From Gammaproteobacteria bacterium (GTDB lineage Bacteria > Pseudomonadota > Gammaproteobacteria > SZUA-140), in NCBI GenBank assembly GCA_026981935.1, contig JALSIC010000010.1, forward strand, positions 13,131 through 77,130: DNA of 64,000 nt, in the 5' to 3' direction. Positions 52,601-61,430 of this stretch are shown in pieces. Position numbers and translations under genes: made by a program. The notes beneath the pieces are model-generated. The model was not told the origin of the DNA. It saw only the letters and a list, made by a program, of their open reading frames with translations, and searched no databases. Numbering within the stretch: position 1 is the stretch's first letter; each line of letters opens with the position of its first letter.

Positions 52601-53406
52601 CAAAACTGCGCCCCCGCCGCCTTGCCGCCAGCACACCCCGGCCCTCGCCCGATGTCATCGTCATCGACGAAGGCACGGCCAAACCCGCCCTGCCTTTCCG
52701 GCTCACCAGCACAGTGCGCCTGGAACTGGGCGAGGCGGTCAAATTCGACGGCTTCGGCCTTGAGGCCCGCCTGGCGGGCGCCCTGACCATCACCGACCGT
52801 CCCGGTGAACTCGTCACGGCGACGGGGGAGCTGCGCGTAGTGGAAGGCCGATACAAGGCCTACGGACAGGACCTGCGCATCCAGCGCGGGCGCCTCATCT
52901 TCGTCGGCGGCCCCATAGACAATCCCGGCCTCGACATACGCGCCGTGCGCAAGATCGAGGATGTCACCGCCGGCCTGCACATCACCGGCGATGCCCTCCA
53001 GCCCCTGCTCAGGATCTTCTCCGACCCACCCATGAGCGAGACCGACGCCCTCGCCTACCTGCTGCTGGGCCGCCCGCCCCAGCAGGACGACCGCAGCGAC
53101 GAGGAACGGATCTCGGCCGCCGCTGCGGCCCTGGGCATCGGGGGTGCCTCCCTGCTGGGCAAGCGCCTGGGAGAGCGCCTGGGCCTGGAAGAAGTGACCG
53201 TGGAATCGGATCGGGACAGCGGCGAAATCCAGCTCAAGCTGGGCACCTATCTCTCCCCCCGTCTCTACGTCGGCTATGGCTGGGGAATGGTGGAACAGAT
53301 CAACACTTTCCTGGTGCGCTACCAGCTCAGCGAACGCATCGCCATCGAAGCCCAGAGCAGCAGCGAGGCGGTGGGCGGAGACATCCTCTTCTCCCTGGAG
53401 AGATGA
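49609..53406 (+). CDS. tamB: Translocation and assembly module inner-membrane subunit TamB (DUF490)
   Basis: 1265 aa with an N-terminal TM anchor and a C-terminal DUF490-like region (GTYLSPRLYVGYGWGMVEQINTFLVRYQLS). It is paired with tamA. Confidence 0.85.
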   Translation: MNPRIRLISLVFMALALPALLVSWLFYSTTALQWLLSSATRFLPGHLSYQGVTGRLAGPLALAALRYEDESMVLAIERLELDWRPLRLLRGELYVSRLAGHGAGLQLAPRAKPSAAKPTTSPPRPELKLPLAVHLGELSLEDLRITRDAGPLLIQRLSLSAGFREGRLRLQAFHAEMPRLKMQGHGNLATAGAYPLDLTLRFSATPPGLAPFEGALAATGDLDSLAVRQTLTSPFNSRLEATIENPLGTLRWQARLIVEDLDPATLQPQWEATKEKALQLRGQIEGGGGLARFTVDAALQATWRGIPLAGRLRAGHEPGRLKIGSLALSLPGGDTLFSSAGRLDYGDAPPRIDLRGHWRALRWPLSGTPVLQSRAGDFRLQGTPEDYGLHLDADLDSPQLAIQRLVLRLRGKKQAWQIERLQARLLDGQLQAQGILEGDPATPAGMQWRFQAKGKGLNPARRWPDWPGRVDFSLAGKGRGLPQGEDRAGFTATLVLRHLGGELRGQALTGSGRLELADDTLRLRPLVLGAGRARLALSGEVGRRWALGWYLDLPRLDALLPHAAGTLLARGSLSGPRTDPLVDLDARGRGLRYRQHRIGQLSTRVQWHPGEERPARLTVNALDLHIGTQTLAQVSIQGAGQSTRHEVNLWLDGSSYQLLAQARGSWEDQVWRGRLPRLRLGLFDGSIWEGRLEEEITLSASAAALPRWCLSAAPRRLCLEGAWQRMRGWHAALAGEGLPLTLVQPWLPPALALSGDVSLDAALQGDERQAVHGRLTLRSPGGRLVFETGRTGRDERIPLAYRNLQLTGRLLQGRLSLQADADLGTQGRLAGDLSLPVPALGAGDDKVAGNLALTLRELRPIALVVPAVEEVGGTLRARLRAGGTLAAPEIDLQLLLEEGRFQLPTLAIAPRDIRIEARSHAGALLFEGRARSGPGRVTVSGRFQPARERPWQLTLDVQGERFLAADTREYRVLLSPALRLALDPATGSLSGTLRIPEAKLRPRRLAASTPRPSPDVIVIDEGTAKPALPFRLTSTVRLELGEAVKFDGFGLEARLAGALTITDRPGELVTATGELRVVEGRYKAYGQDLRIQRGRLIFVGGPIDNPGLDIRAVRKIEDVTAGLHITGDALQPLLRIFSDPPMSETDALAYLLLGRPPQQDDRSDEERISAAAAALGIGGASLLGKRLGERLGLEEVTVESDRDSGEIQLKLGTYLSPRLYVGYGWGMVEQINTFLVRYQLSERIAIEAQSSSEAVGGDILFSLER

Positions 53407-53489
53407 ATGTCTTTCGATTCTGGATGCATTCTGGATTATTCATTCTGGATTCCGGGCAACACCGGCGCAGGTCCTTTCACCCACCCCGC

Positions 53490-54551
53490 TTACGCCCTTG
53501 CCTCGCCATGTGCCCGCACTTCGTAACCGTGACGTTCCATCCAGACCCTGGCCGCGTTTGCGTCCATGAGTTCATCCAGCGTCAGCAGCCCCCCTCTTGC
53601 CGCCGCGCCTTCCAGCAGGCGCATGACTGCCCACACCGCGGGTGCTGCGGTCAGCCTGAGACCTTCGCGCTGGGCAATCACTTCGACTGTCGCAAGGACC
53701 CCGCCACGCCCGTCCCGGGCCGCGACGAGCAGATGCCCCTCGCGGCCACCGAAGCGGCGGCAAAGACGCGCCAACGGCAGGACCCGGCGGGCCAGCCTGG
53801 ACGGCATCCCCGCAGGCAACCGGGGCAGGACATGGCTTGCGCCCTGAAGCAGCCTGTTGAGATAGAGGCGGTCGAAGCCGACGAAGAAATACACGGGCAG
53901 ACGCCGCTCCCCCAGGGTGACGCCCTGGGGGAGCGGGAAGGGGTAAAGGCCATAATGCCGCGTGAGGCCGTCGTCATGAGGGTATGCCACCAGGCGACGA
54001 AAACAGCGTTGCCCGCTGCCGCTCACTGGCCGTCCCAGGGGCTGCAGCAGGCTCGCCAGCAACCCGGCACTGACAGGGTTGCGTGAACCCATGTTGAGAT
54101 AGACCGCGATGTCCGCGCTGCGGCCCGGGTCCGCAAGAGATCCGGCCAGCAGCCTTACCAGGCCCGGTACGGTGGAACATCCCGGCACCACGGCCGCCCC
54201 GGTCTCCGCCTGCTGCCGGCAGGCGGCACTCACGCGGGCGAGAAAGGCGGCATCATCGGCGATGTCCACATAATGGATGCCGGCCGCCATGCAGGTCCTG
54301 ACCAGGGATGCCGGATCGTGATGGAAGGGGCCTGCCGCATGCACGAGAATGTCGATCCCTTCCAGGGCGGCGGCATAAGAAGCAGGATCGGCCAGGTCCA
54401 GGCGGCGCCAGGGCAGACCGAGATCACCGGGCGGGCGGCGCGAAGCCGCAAGGACCTCGACACCCCCAGCCTCGCGCAAAAAATCCACGATGAACCGGCC
54501 GATGAGACCGCTTCCTCCCAGGACCAGGACCCGGCCGCCGCAAGCGGACAT
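53490..54551 (-). CDS. Saccharopine-dehydrogenase-like NAD(P)-binding protein
   Basis: Rossmann motif VLVLGGSGLIGRFIV at the chosen internal Met start (54551); the annotated longer ORF extends to 54746. Confidence 0.6.
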   Translation of the reverse strand: MSACGGRVLVLGGSGLIGRFIVDFLREAGGVEVLAASRRPPGDLGLPWRRLDLADPASYAAALEGIDILVHAAGPFHHDPASLVRTCMAAGIHYVDIADDAAFLARVSAACRQQAETGAAVVPGCSTVPGLVRLLAGSLADPGRSADIAVYLNMGSRNPVSAGLLASLLQPLGRPVSGSGQRCFRRLVAYPHDDGLTRHYGLYPFPLPQGVTLGERRLPVYFFVGFDRLYLNRLLQGASHVLPRLPAGMPSRLARRVLPLARLCRRFGGREGHLLVAARDGRGGVLATVEVIAQREGLRLTAAPAVWAVMRLLEGAAARGGLLTLDELMDANAARVWMERHGYEVRAHGEARA

Positions 54552-55390
54552 CACCGTTCCCCGGCGAGCAACGGCTGCGCGGCCCGGAAGGCAAGGTAGT
54601 GTTCTCTTACCCGCTCGGCGCTGGATGCCCTGGGCTGTTCGCGAAAGGCCTGCTCCAGCACGGCCTTGACAGCCATGGCCCATGGAGAGGAGGGGATGAG
54701 GTCGTACATGGCACCCGAGGCAAAGACCAGCACCCGCTCGGGCCAATTGTAATCAGGTCGTTCCAGCGCCACGAAATAGGGGTTGCCCTGGGGGAGCGGA
54801 ACAACCGGCACGGGCTGTTCAATATCAAGACTCCGATCGGGCAGGAGCGCCAGGTCTTCTTCTCCGGTCACGGACACCATCACGGCGATGACGAAAGCAG
54901 TCACCAGCCCGGGCGCCCACCACAACTTGCGCTGCAGCACCATTATGCCCCCGGCAAACACGGCCGCCCAGTGCATGGCCGCCATGGCCAGCAGGAAAGT
55001 GGGATAGATAACGGCGGGCAGGCCCACGGCAAGCAGCAGCCACTCACCCAGCGTGGCCACCCAGCCTGCAAACACCATGACGGGAAAGTAAGCCACGCGC
55101 CACACCACGGCTGCGCCCAGGATGAGCAGCAAGCGCAGGCCGGGCCGGTCGACACGTCGCCACAGGAACAGGACCGCCAGGCCGACACCCGACAGGGAAG
55201 CGAATTGAAAGGCTGCAAAGAGCGCGGCCTGCTCCAGGACAGGCCGCGCATCCAACCACAGGCCCAGGCCTGCGAGAATTACCGCCGCGCCCAGGAAAGC
55301 GGCGCCCTGCGGGCGGCTCAAAACACCCGCATCTTCTGCAGCTCGGGGGCTGCCTCGTCCAGTCGCATGGCGAGCGTGGGCAGACGGCAT
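54551..55390 (-). CDS. Hypothetical integral membrane protein (~5 TM) with a soluble C-terminal domain
   Basis: Overlaps the stop of the upstream desaturase gene and the start of the dehydrogenase-like gene (coupled operon). No recognisable family. The start is uncertain; a GTG near 55324 is possible. Confidence 0.45.
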   Translation of the reverse strand: MPSAHARHATGRGSPRAAEDAGVLSRPQGAAFLGAAVILAGLGLWLDARPVLEQAALFAAFQFASLSGVGLAVLFLWRRVDRPGLRLLLILGAAVVWRVAYFPVMVFAGWVATLGEWLLLAVGLPAVIYPTFLLAMAAMHWAAVFAGGIMVLQRKLWWAPGLVTAFVIAVMVSVTGEEDLALLPDRSLDIEQPVPVVPLPQGNPYFVALERPDYNWPERVLVFASGAMYDLIPSSPWAMAVKAVLEQAFREQPRASSAERVREHYLAFRAAQPLLAGER

Positions 55391-56115
55391 GTAGGCACCT
55401 TGGGAAAGAGATGGTGCTCCACATGATAAAACATGTTGTAGGTGAGCAGCGACTTGAGCCGCCCCCGGATGGTGCGTGCAATGAAGTGGCTGCGATCACA
55501 ATGGTAATGGACGGTCCACACGGCGAAAAAGGCCGTCAGGCAATTGGCGATCAGCATCACGATGACATGATACTGAAGGAAGGCAATATCCCAGACAAAC
55601 AACACCAGGGCAATCCAGATCACGTTGGCCGCAAGCTCGGCGATGATCCAGCGGCGCAGTCTCTGGCTGCCCAGCCTCAAGGCCGTTGCATGCAACAGGA
55701 TGGGAAACTTGGGCCCGAAGAGAATGGCCTGCCACCATTTCATGCGCGCGCTGCGCGCCTCCACATCCTCCTCATTCATGCAATAGCGGTGATGGCGCAG
55801 GTGATTGAACTGCACCGCATGCATGGAACCCAGCATGATGATACTGAACAGGAACATGAAATATTCGTGACCCTGCCTGCTGATGCCGATGGCATAGTGA
55901 TAGGCGTTGTGAACCTGTCTCAGGCCACAAAGAAAAAACATGAATGAAGCCCCCAGTGCGAAGAACCAGAGTTCGTAATGGGCTAGAACCAGTGACAGCA
56001 CCAGCCACGGTGCGGAAATGAAAAGTTCATGGATCACTTCCCAGCGGGACAGATCGCAGAGATCCCGCCACTCCACGCTGCGCACTCTTTCATCATGCAT
56101 TATTTCCAGCGCCAT
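55318..56115 (-). CDS. Fatty-acid-desaturase-family membrane protein (three His boxes)
   Basis: His boxes HNAYHY, HLRHHRY and HVEHHLFP in a 265-aa polytopic protein. Confidence 0.7.
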   Translation of the reverse strand: MALEIMHDERVRSVEWRDLCDLSRWEVIHELFISAPWLVLSLVLAHYELWFFALGASFMFFLCGLRQVHNAYHYAIGISRQGHEYFMFLFSIIMLGSMHAVQFNHLRHHRYCMNEEDVEARSARMKWWQAILFGPKFPILLHATALRLGSQRLRRWIIAELAANVIWIALVLFVWDIAFLQYHVIVMLIANCLTAFFAVWTVHYHCDRSHFIARTIRGRLKSLLTYNMFYHVEHHLFPKVPTCRLPTLAMRLDEAAPELQKMRVF

Positions 56116-56384
56116 GAGACTCCCCCCTTTTGTTTTTTCTTGATTTCAACAGGCTGCCGAGAAGACTCGGACGACGCGCGGCGGGATGAAGCACCGGTCC
56201 AGAAGCGCATTCACCCTGTTTGCAGCGCTTTTTCCCGCTCCCACCTTGCTCCGTACCTGCCGGAGGCTCTCTCAACAGCCCGTTCAGGACGAAGCTGCTT
56301 CCTGGTATCAATGCGGCCCGCCTACCCCGACCCTCTTCGGCCCAACCCCCGTCCCATGAAAAAAATTACGGCAGAATCAAACCG

Positions 56385-56735
56385 TCACAAATGGGCGTTG
56401 AGAATACGGGACTTCAGAATCTTGGGGTTGCCATTGGCATGTTTCTTGGCCGCCTTGAAATGCATGGCCGCTTCCCCATGACGCCCCAGCTTGTCAAGGG
56501 CAATGGCTTCATTGAAATGGGTCTCTCCCGAGGGCTCGATCCTGGAAGCCTCGCTGAAATGCATGAGTGCGGAGCGGTAATCCCCCTTGTTCCAGGCAGC
56601 AATGCCCTCATCGTTGTGCATTACCGCTGACGGATTGGCTCCTTCCGGAAGTTTCAGCGGGCCTTCCCCGGCAAGCACGCTGAAAGAGACGAGACTGAAC
56701 AAAAGGACAAAACAGGCAGTGGCTGTTCTTCTCAT
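56385..56735 (-). CDS. Small secreted TPR-like protein
   Basis: Signal peptide plus two TPR-like helices (AWNKGDYRSALMHFSEASRIEP...FNEAIALDKLGRHGEAAMHFKAA). Confidence 0.55.
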   Translation of the reverse strand: MRRTATACFVLLFSLVSFSVLAGEGPLKLPEGANPSAVMHNDEGIAAWNKGDYRSALMHFSEASRIEPSGETHFNEAIALDKLGRHGEAAMHFKAAKKHANGNPKILKSRILNAHL

Positions 56736-56991
56736 GGCAGGCCTCCTCGCAAGCTAGTGTCACAAACCTCATGCCGATTTCCGGCCGGAAAGTGCTGCAT
56801 CCGCGCCGACCCAACCTTGTCGATACATTACCCGATTATTCTACTCAATTACCACCTTCATACAAACCTGATGATGTCTGATAAAACACAGCCGCAGAAC
56901 ATGTGTTGAATGCAGCAACGGTGCAATCGGTACCAATAAGAATTTTCTTACCTGATGAGGCCGCCCGGGCCAGCCCCCCTTTGTTACTGTT

Positions 56992-57423
56992 TCAAAGCAC
57001 CAGCATGATCACGCCCAGCACCACGGCGCCCAACCCCAGGGCCAGCACCAGCCAGTCCCCGCCCTGATTGCCGCGTTCCAATACCGACCGGCGCGGATCC
57101 TCCGGATCGTAATAGACCGCCACCTCGCTGCCGGCCGGATATTTCCGCACGAAGCTGGCAGCGAATTCAGGCCCCTGGGGCTGGGTGCCCGCGGGAAAGC
57201 GCAGGCGCCCCCGGAAGGTCCTGCCTTCGACCGTGTAGCTGTATTCGATCAAGGGCAGCAGATCGTTTTCCGGTGAGCTGGGTTCGGCCACCTCGATACA
57301 GCCCTTGACTGCAGGCCAGGACAGGGTCCGGCGAGAGCGGGCAAGCAACAGGCCGCCCCAGATGGCAGTGGCCAGGCCGGCGAGGATAAAAAGCCCGATG
57401 ATGATTCCATAACCACTGAACAT
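56992..57423 (-). CDS. DUF3592-like membrane protein
   Basis: N- and C-terminal TM helices flank a beta-rich periplasmic segment. Confidence 0.5.
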   Translation of the reverse strand: MFSGYGIIIGLFILAGLATAIWGGLLLARSRRTLSWPAVKGCIEVAEPSSPENDLLPLIEYSYTVEGRTFRGRLRFPAGTQPQGPEFAASFVRKYPAGSEVAVYYDPEDPRRSVLERGNQGGDWLVLALGLGAVVLGVIMLVL

Positions 57424-57663
57424 GAACAGCCCCCTTTACTTGTCAGGCCAATTTGCGCCGGAACAGGTCGCTGCGCCGGCTCACAAGCCGGTCGAGAAAC
57501 AGCAGTCCGTCGAGATGATCGATTTCATGCTGCGCGACACGGGCCTCGATGCCCGGGCGATCCCTGCCCACCACGGCGAGCATGTACCAGGACGGCGTGC
57601 CTTGTTTTGTCATGGTCGATGCACCCTATGGATGAAATTGCAATGACGGGTATCTGCCGGGTG

Positions 57664-57833
57664 TCTAGGAGTCTGTCGGACTTAGGGCTGATCTACTGCG
57701 CGGATGGGAGAGCGGCCCGAATCTCCCCGTTTTCTCGTTGCGTAGCCCCACTATGCGCCTCGAAATCGTGAAGATTCGTTCTTGCTCTCCCACCATGCTC
57801 GCTACGATCGCCTAAATCCGACAGACTCCTAGA
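57664..57833. repeat. Repeat family B, full copy with ~25-bp terminal inverted repeats (CTAGGAGTCTGTCGGACTTAGG / CCTAAATCCGACAGACTCCTAG) and an internal GGGAGAGC...GCTCTCCC hairpin
   Basis: The terminal ~50 nt is the reverse complement of 6442-6493, with 2 mismatches. Confidence 0.75.
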
Positions 57834-57930
57834 GGGCCTCAAACGCCCCTGGTCTTCACTCCCCTTCTTCCGTACCGGGGACGGCGCCTCATGACCCTCT
57901 GGATGCGGCCTCCCGCCGCCCCCCCGGGCT

Positions 57931-58722
57931 TCAATGCAAGGTCGAATGGGCAATGTATATCACGATCACGCCGGCCGCAATGAGGGCGAGCTGGCGCAGC
58001 GTGGCGGACGGCTCCGGACGGCGGTGCAGGCCGGGAATCAGGTCGGCCACGGCGATATAAATGAAGCTCGCCGCGGCCACCGCCAGGACATAGGGCAGGA
58101 CCTGGCGGGTCTGCGCGAGGCTGTAATAGGCCAGCACGCCACCGACGAGGGTGGTCAGGCTGGAAACGAGATTGTAGGCCAGGGCACGGGCGCGACTGAA
58201 ACCGCTGTGCAACAGGACGGCGAAATCCCCCACTTCCTGGGGAATCTCATGGGCCGCCACGGCCAGCGCAGTGACGATCCCCAGGTGGATGTCGGTGAGG
58301 AAGGCGGCGGCAATGAGGACACCATCCACGAAATTGTGCAGGGCATCCCCCACGAGGATCAGGGTACCCGCCGCCTCGCCTCCACTGCTGCCGGCCGGGG
58401 TCCCGCCCGGCGCATGCGCCTCACAGTCACGGGCATGGCAATGACGCCAGAGCACGGTCTTTTCCAGGATGAAAAACCCCAGCACACCCAGCAGCACCGC
58501 CAGCATGAGATCATGTACCCCGGGTGCCGCCGGAGCCATCACCGCATGGGGCAGCAGGCCGAGAAACGCCGCTCCCAGCAGGGCGCCGATGGCGAAGCTG
58601 ATGAAATGGGGCAGGAGGCGCTCCCGCCACGCGGCCGGCAGCGCAAGAAAGGTGGCAGCAGCCAGGACACTGAGCACGCCACCCAGCAGGCAGAACAGAA
58701 CGATCCAGGCGAGCAGGCTCAC
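57931..58722 (-). CDS. ZIP-family divalent metal transporter (ZupT-like)
   Basis: HEIPQEVGDFAVLL motif and a His-rich loop (HARDCEAHAPGG). Confidence 0.8.
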   Translation of the reverse strand: MSLLAWIVLFCLLGGVLSVLAAATFLALPAAWRERLLPHFISFAIGALLGAAFLGLLPHAVMAPAAPGVHDLMLAVLLGVLGFFILEKTVLWRHCHARDCEAHAPGGTPAGSSGGEAAGTLILVGDALHNFVDGVLIAAAFLTDIHLGIVTALAVAAHEIPQEVGDFAVLLHSGFSRARALAYNLVSSLTTLVGGVLAYYSLAQTRQVLPYVLAVAAASFIYIAVADLIPGLHRRPEPSATLRQLALIAAGVIVIYIAHSTLH

Positions 58723-58734
58723 TGGATCAGCGGC

Positions 58735-59478
58735 TCACCGGGACGCATCGATGGCCTGCTGCAGAACCGCCATCACCTCTTCATGCTCGTTCTTGCGGGC
58801 CCAGGTCATGGCGGTCTCGCCGTCCTTGTTGCGGGCATTGACATCGGCCCCGTTTTCCAGCAGCAGCTCAACCATCTCCAGGTGCCCCTGGCGCGCCGCC
58901 CGCATGAGGGCGGTATGCCCGTCACGGGCCTGGTGGTTCACATCGGCGCCCTTGTCCAGCAGCAGCCGGACGATATCGCGATGTCCGAGAAAGGCAGCCA
59001 CCATGAGGGGGGTGAGGCCGTTCTTGTTCTGCCTGTCCACCTCGGCACCCCGTTCCAGGAGCATTTCGATCATTTCAGGATCGTCCTGCATGGGCATGAT
59101 GAGCAAGGCGGTGTTGCCCATGCGGTCGATGTCGTTGACCTTGGCGCCACGGTCCAGTAACTCCCGCGCCAGGTCCTTGTACCCGCCGGAGATGGCCAGC
59201 ATCAGCGGTGTCACGCCCAGGTCCCCCTTGGCATTGACATCGGCCTGCTTGTGCAGGAGGCTGCGGGCCACGTCCAGATACCCCTTGCGAATGGCCACGG
59301 CCAGTACCGGATCGTCGGCCGGGTTACGGGCATTGACATCGGCGCCCTGCTCGATGAGCGCCAGCGCCCTGTTCACGTCGCCTTCGTCCAGGGCGTCCAC
59401 CAGGGGCGAACGACCGCAGGCCGCCAGCAGCAACAGCAGGCTGCCCACCAGGATTGTCATTGCATTGGTTTTCATCAT
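58735..59478 (-). CDS. Ankyrin-repeat lipoprotein
   Basis: Lipobox LLLLAACG followed by ~6 ANK repeats (G-TPLM-A...GH...LL--GADVN). The long ORF to 59910 is an upstream overextension. Confidence 0.75.
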   Translation of the reverse strand: MMKTNAMTILVGSLLLLLAACGRSPLVDALDEGDVNRALALIEQGADVNARNPADDPVLAVAIRKGYLDVARSLLHKQADVNAKGDLGVTPLMLAISGGYKDLARELLDRGAKVNDIDRMGNTALLIMPMQDDPEMIEMLLERGAEVDRQNKNGLTPLMVAAFLGHRDIVRLLLDKGADVNHQARDGHTALMRAARQGHLEMVELLLENGADVNARNKDGETAMTWARKNEHEEVMAVLQQAIDASR

Positions 59479-59531
59479 CCCATCAAGCACGTTCTGACCA
59501 GGGTCTCCCGGAAGGGGGCAATTGTACATGA

Positions 59532-60302
59532 TTACGGCGCATGCGCCTCTTTCCAGATGAGGGTGGCCATCCGACCGGTCACGCCATCGCGGCGATGGGA
59601 AAAAAAATGCTCGCGCGCCCGCCAGGTACACCAGCCACCACCGCTGACCGAGGTCACACCGCAGGCTGCCAGGCGCCGCCGCGCCAGGGCATAGAGGTCG
59701 GCATGCCAGCGCCCCCCTGCCGCCGGCCGGAAGGCCCCGGCGCAGCCCCCGTCCCGGGCGAGAAACGACGCGCGCACCTCGTCTCCCACGACAAAGGCCT
59801 GTGGGCCGATAGCCGGTCCCAGCCAGGCCAGCAAGGCGCCCCCGCCGGCCGCCGCCAGGGCTGCCACACCGGCCTCGACAATGCCGGTCGCAAGTCCCCG
59901 CCAGCCACAATGCAGGGCGGCAACCCCCCGGCCGTCACGCGTACAGAGCAACAGTGGCAGGCAGTCCGCGGTCAGCACGGCACACACCACGTTCTCGTCA
60001 CAGGTAAAGAGACCGTCGGCCTGGGCATTTTCTGCACGGGATGCCTCCACCACCACTGCCCCGTGGACCTGCCGCAACCAGCGGGGCTGCGCGGGCAGGC
60101 CTGCTTCGCGCACCAGGCGGGCGCGGTTCTCCGCCACCGCCGGCGGCGCATCACCCACGTGGGCGGCGAGATTGAGACTGTCGTAGGGAGGGCGGCTCAC
60201 CCCTCCCTGGCGACAGGTGGTCAGGGCCCGCACGCCGGATGGCGCGTCCCATGCGGGCACCAGCCATTCCAGCAATCCCGTATGCTCCAGACCTTCTTTC
60301 AA
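59532..60302 (-). CDS. pgeF: Peptidoglycan editing factor PgeF (YfiH/DUF152 laccase-domain protein)
   Basis: LFTCDENVVCAVLTADCLPLLLC...HCGWRG motifs. It is 4-nt-coupled to rluD, as in E. coli. Confidence 0.8.
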   Translation of the reverse strand: MKEGLEHTGLLEWLVPAWDAPSGVRALTTCRQGGVSRPPYDSLNLAAHVGDAPPAVAENRARLVREAGLPAQPRWLRQVHGAVVVEASRAENAQADGLFTCDENVVCAVLTADCLPLLLCTRDGRGVAALHCGWRGLATGIVEAGVAALAAAGGGALLAWLGPAIGPQAFVVGDEVRASFLARDGGCAGAFRPAAGGRWHADLYALARRRLAACGVTSVSGGGWCTWRAREHFFSHRRDGVTGRMATLIWKEAHAP

Positions 60303-61351
60303 CGTGACGCCTCTTTCGCGTGTACTGTCAGGTCATCCCGCAAGGCGGCCAGCAAGTCTGCCATCTCGGAAGGCGGCGTCACCTCCCAGCACAGGGCCTC
60401 CCCGCTGTCCGGATGGGCGATGCACAGGCGGGCGGCGTGGAGCGCCTGGCGCCGGAAGGCGCGCAAGGCCGTGGCCAGCGCCGGCGCACAGGCGGGCGGC
60501 AGGCGCAGGCGCCCGCCATAGACCGGATCGCCCACGAGGGGATGGCGCAGGTGGGCCATGTGGACCCGGATCTGGTGCGTGCGACCGGTCTCCAGCGTGA
60601 CACGAATCAGGGTATGGGCGCGGAAACGCTCCAGGACACGGTAATGACTCACCGCAGCCCGGCCTCCTTCCCGCACTGCCATGCGCGTGCGCTGGACGGG
60701 GTGCCTGCCGATGGGCGCCTCGACGGTGCCGCCACCCGTCATCACCCCACAGACCACGGCAAGATACTCTCGCTGAAAACACCGCCGGCGGATCTGCGCC
60801 GCCAGGCGGTGGCATGCAGCCAGGCTGCGGGCCACAACCAGCAGGCCGCTGGTATCCTTGTCGAGGCGATGGACGATACCGGCCCGGGGAAGTGCCGCCA
60901 GGCCCGGATCGTGATGCAGCAAGGCATTGAGCAGGGTCCCCTCGCGATTGCCGGCACCGGGATGCACCACCACGCCCGGCGGCTTGTTGACCACCAGCAC
61001 GCTTTCATCCTCATACACGATCTCCAGGGGAAGATCCTGGGCCCGCCAAGGCGTCTCGACCGCCAACGCCGCCCGTACTTCCACCGCTTCGCCGCCGCGC
61101 ACCTTGTCCCGGCGACGTGGCACGATGCCCTCCACCCGCACTTGCCCGCTCCGGATCCAGCCTTGAAAGGCTGCCCGGGAATACTGGGGAAAAAGCCGTG
61201 CCAGGGCCTTGTCCACCCGCTCCCCCGCCCAGTCCCGGGGAAAGACCCCCTGCAGATGCAGCACCCGTGACGACGGCCCCGTACCGTGCCTGCCTCCCCC
61301 GCCAGAACCGCCCGGGGCATCATGGAGGGAATCATTTCCTGGGTCGTTCAT
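60299..61351 (-). CDS. rluD: 23S rRNA pseudouridine synthase RluD (with an extra Gly-rich N-terminal segment)
   Basis: Collinear with E. coli RluD (IVYEDESVLVVNKPPGVVVHPGAGN...HRLDKDTSGLLVVAR...HQIRVHMAH). Start chosen at Met70 of the ORF (61351). Confidence 0.85.
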   Translation of the reverse strand: MNDPGNDSLHDAPGGSGGGGRHGTGPSSRVLHLQGVFPRDWAGERVDKALARLFPQYSRAAFQGWIRSGQVRVEGIVPRRRDKVRGGEAVEVRAALAVETPWRAQDLPLEIVYEDESVLVVNKPPGVVVHPGAGNREGTLLNALLHHDPGLAALPRAGIVHRLDKDTSGLLVVARSLAACHRLAAQIRRRCFQREYLAVVCGVMTGGGTVEAPIGRHPVQRTRMAVREGGRAAVSHYRVLERFRAHTLIRVTLETGRTHQIRVHMAHLRHPLVGDPVYGGRLRLPPACAPALATALRAFRRQALHAARLCIAHPDSGEALCWEVTPPSEMADLLAALRDDLTVHAKEASR

Positions 61352-61430
61352 GGAACCGTTTTGTCTTTGCTGGCGAATCTGTTCATAATGGCGGAATGCG
61401 CAAGACCTGCCCGCGCGGTCCCGGGTAACG

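Noticed and set aside
53403-54086. 227-aa plus-strand ORF downstream of tamB
   Set aside because: It is antisense to the saccharopine-dehydrogenase-like gene, which has a clear Rossmann motif on the minus strand.
58735-59910. Full 391-aa extent of the ankyrin ORF
   Set aside because: The N-terminal 145 residues are Arg/Gly-rich and run through the upstream intergenic region. The lipoprotein signal peptide begins at the internal MMKTNAMTILVGSLLLLLAAC, so the gene was truncated to 58735-59478.
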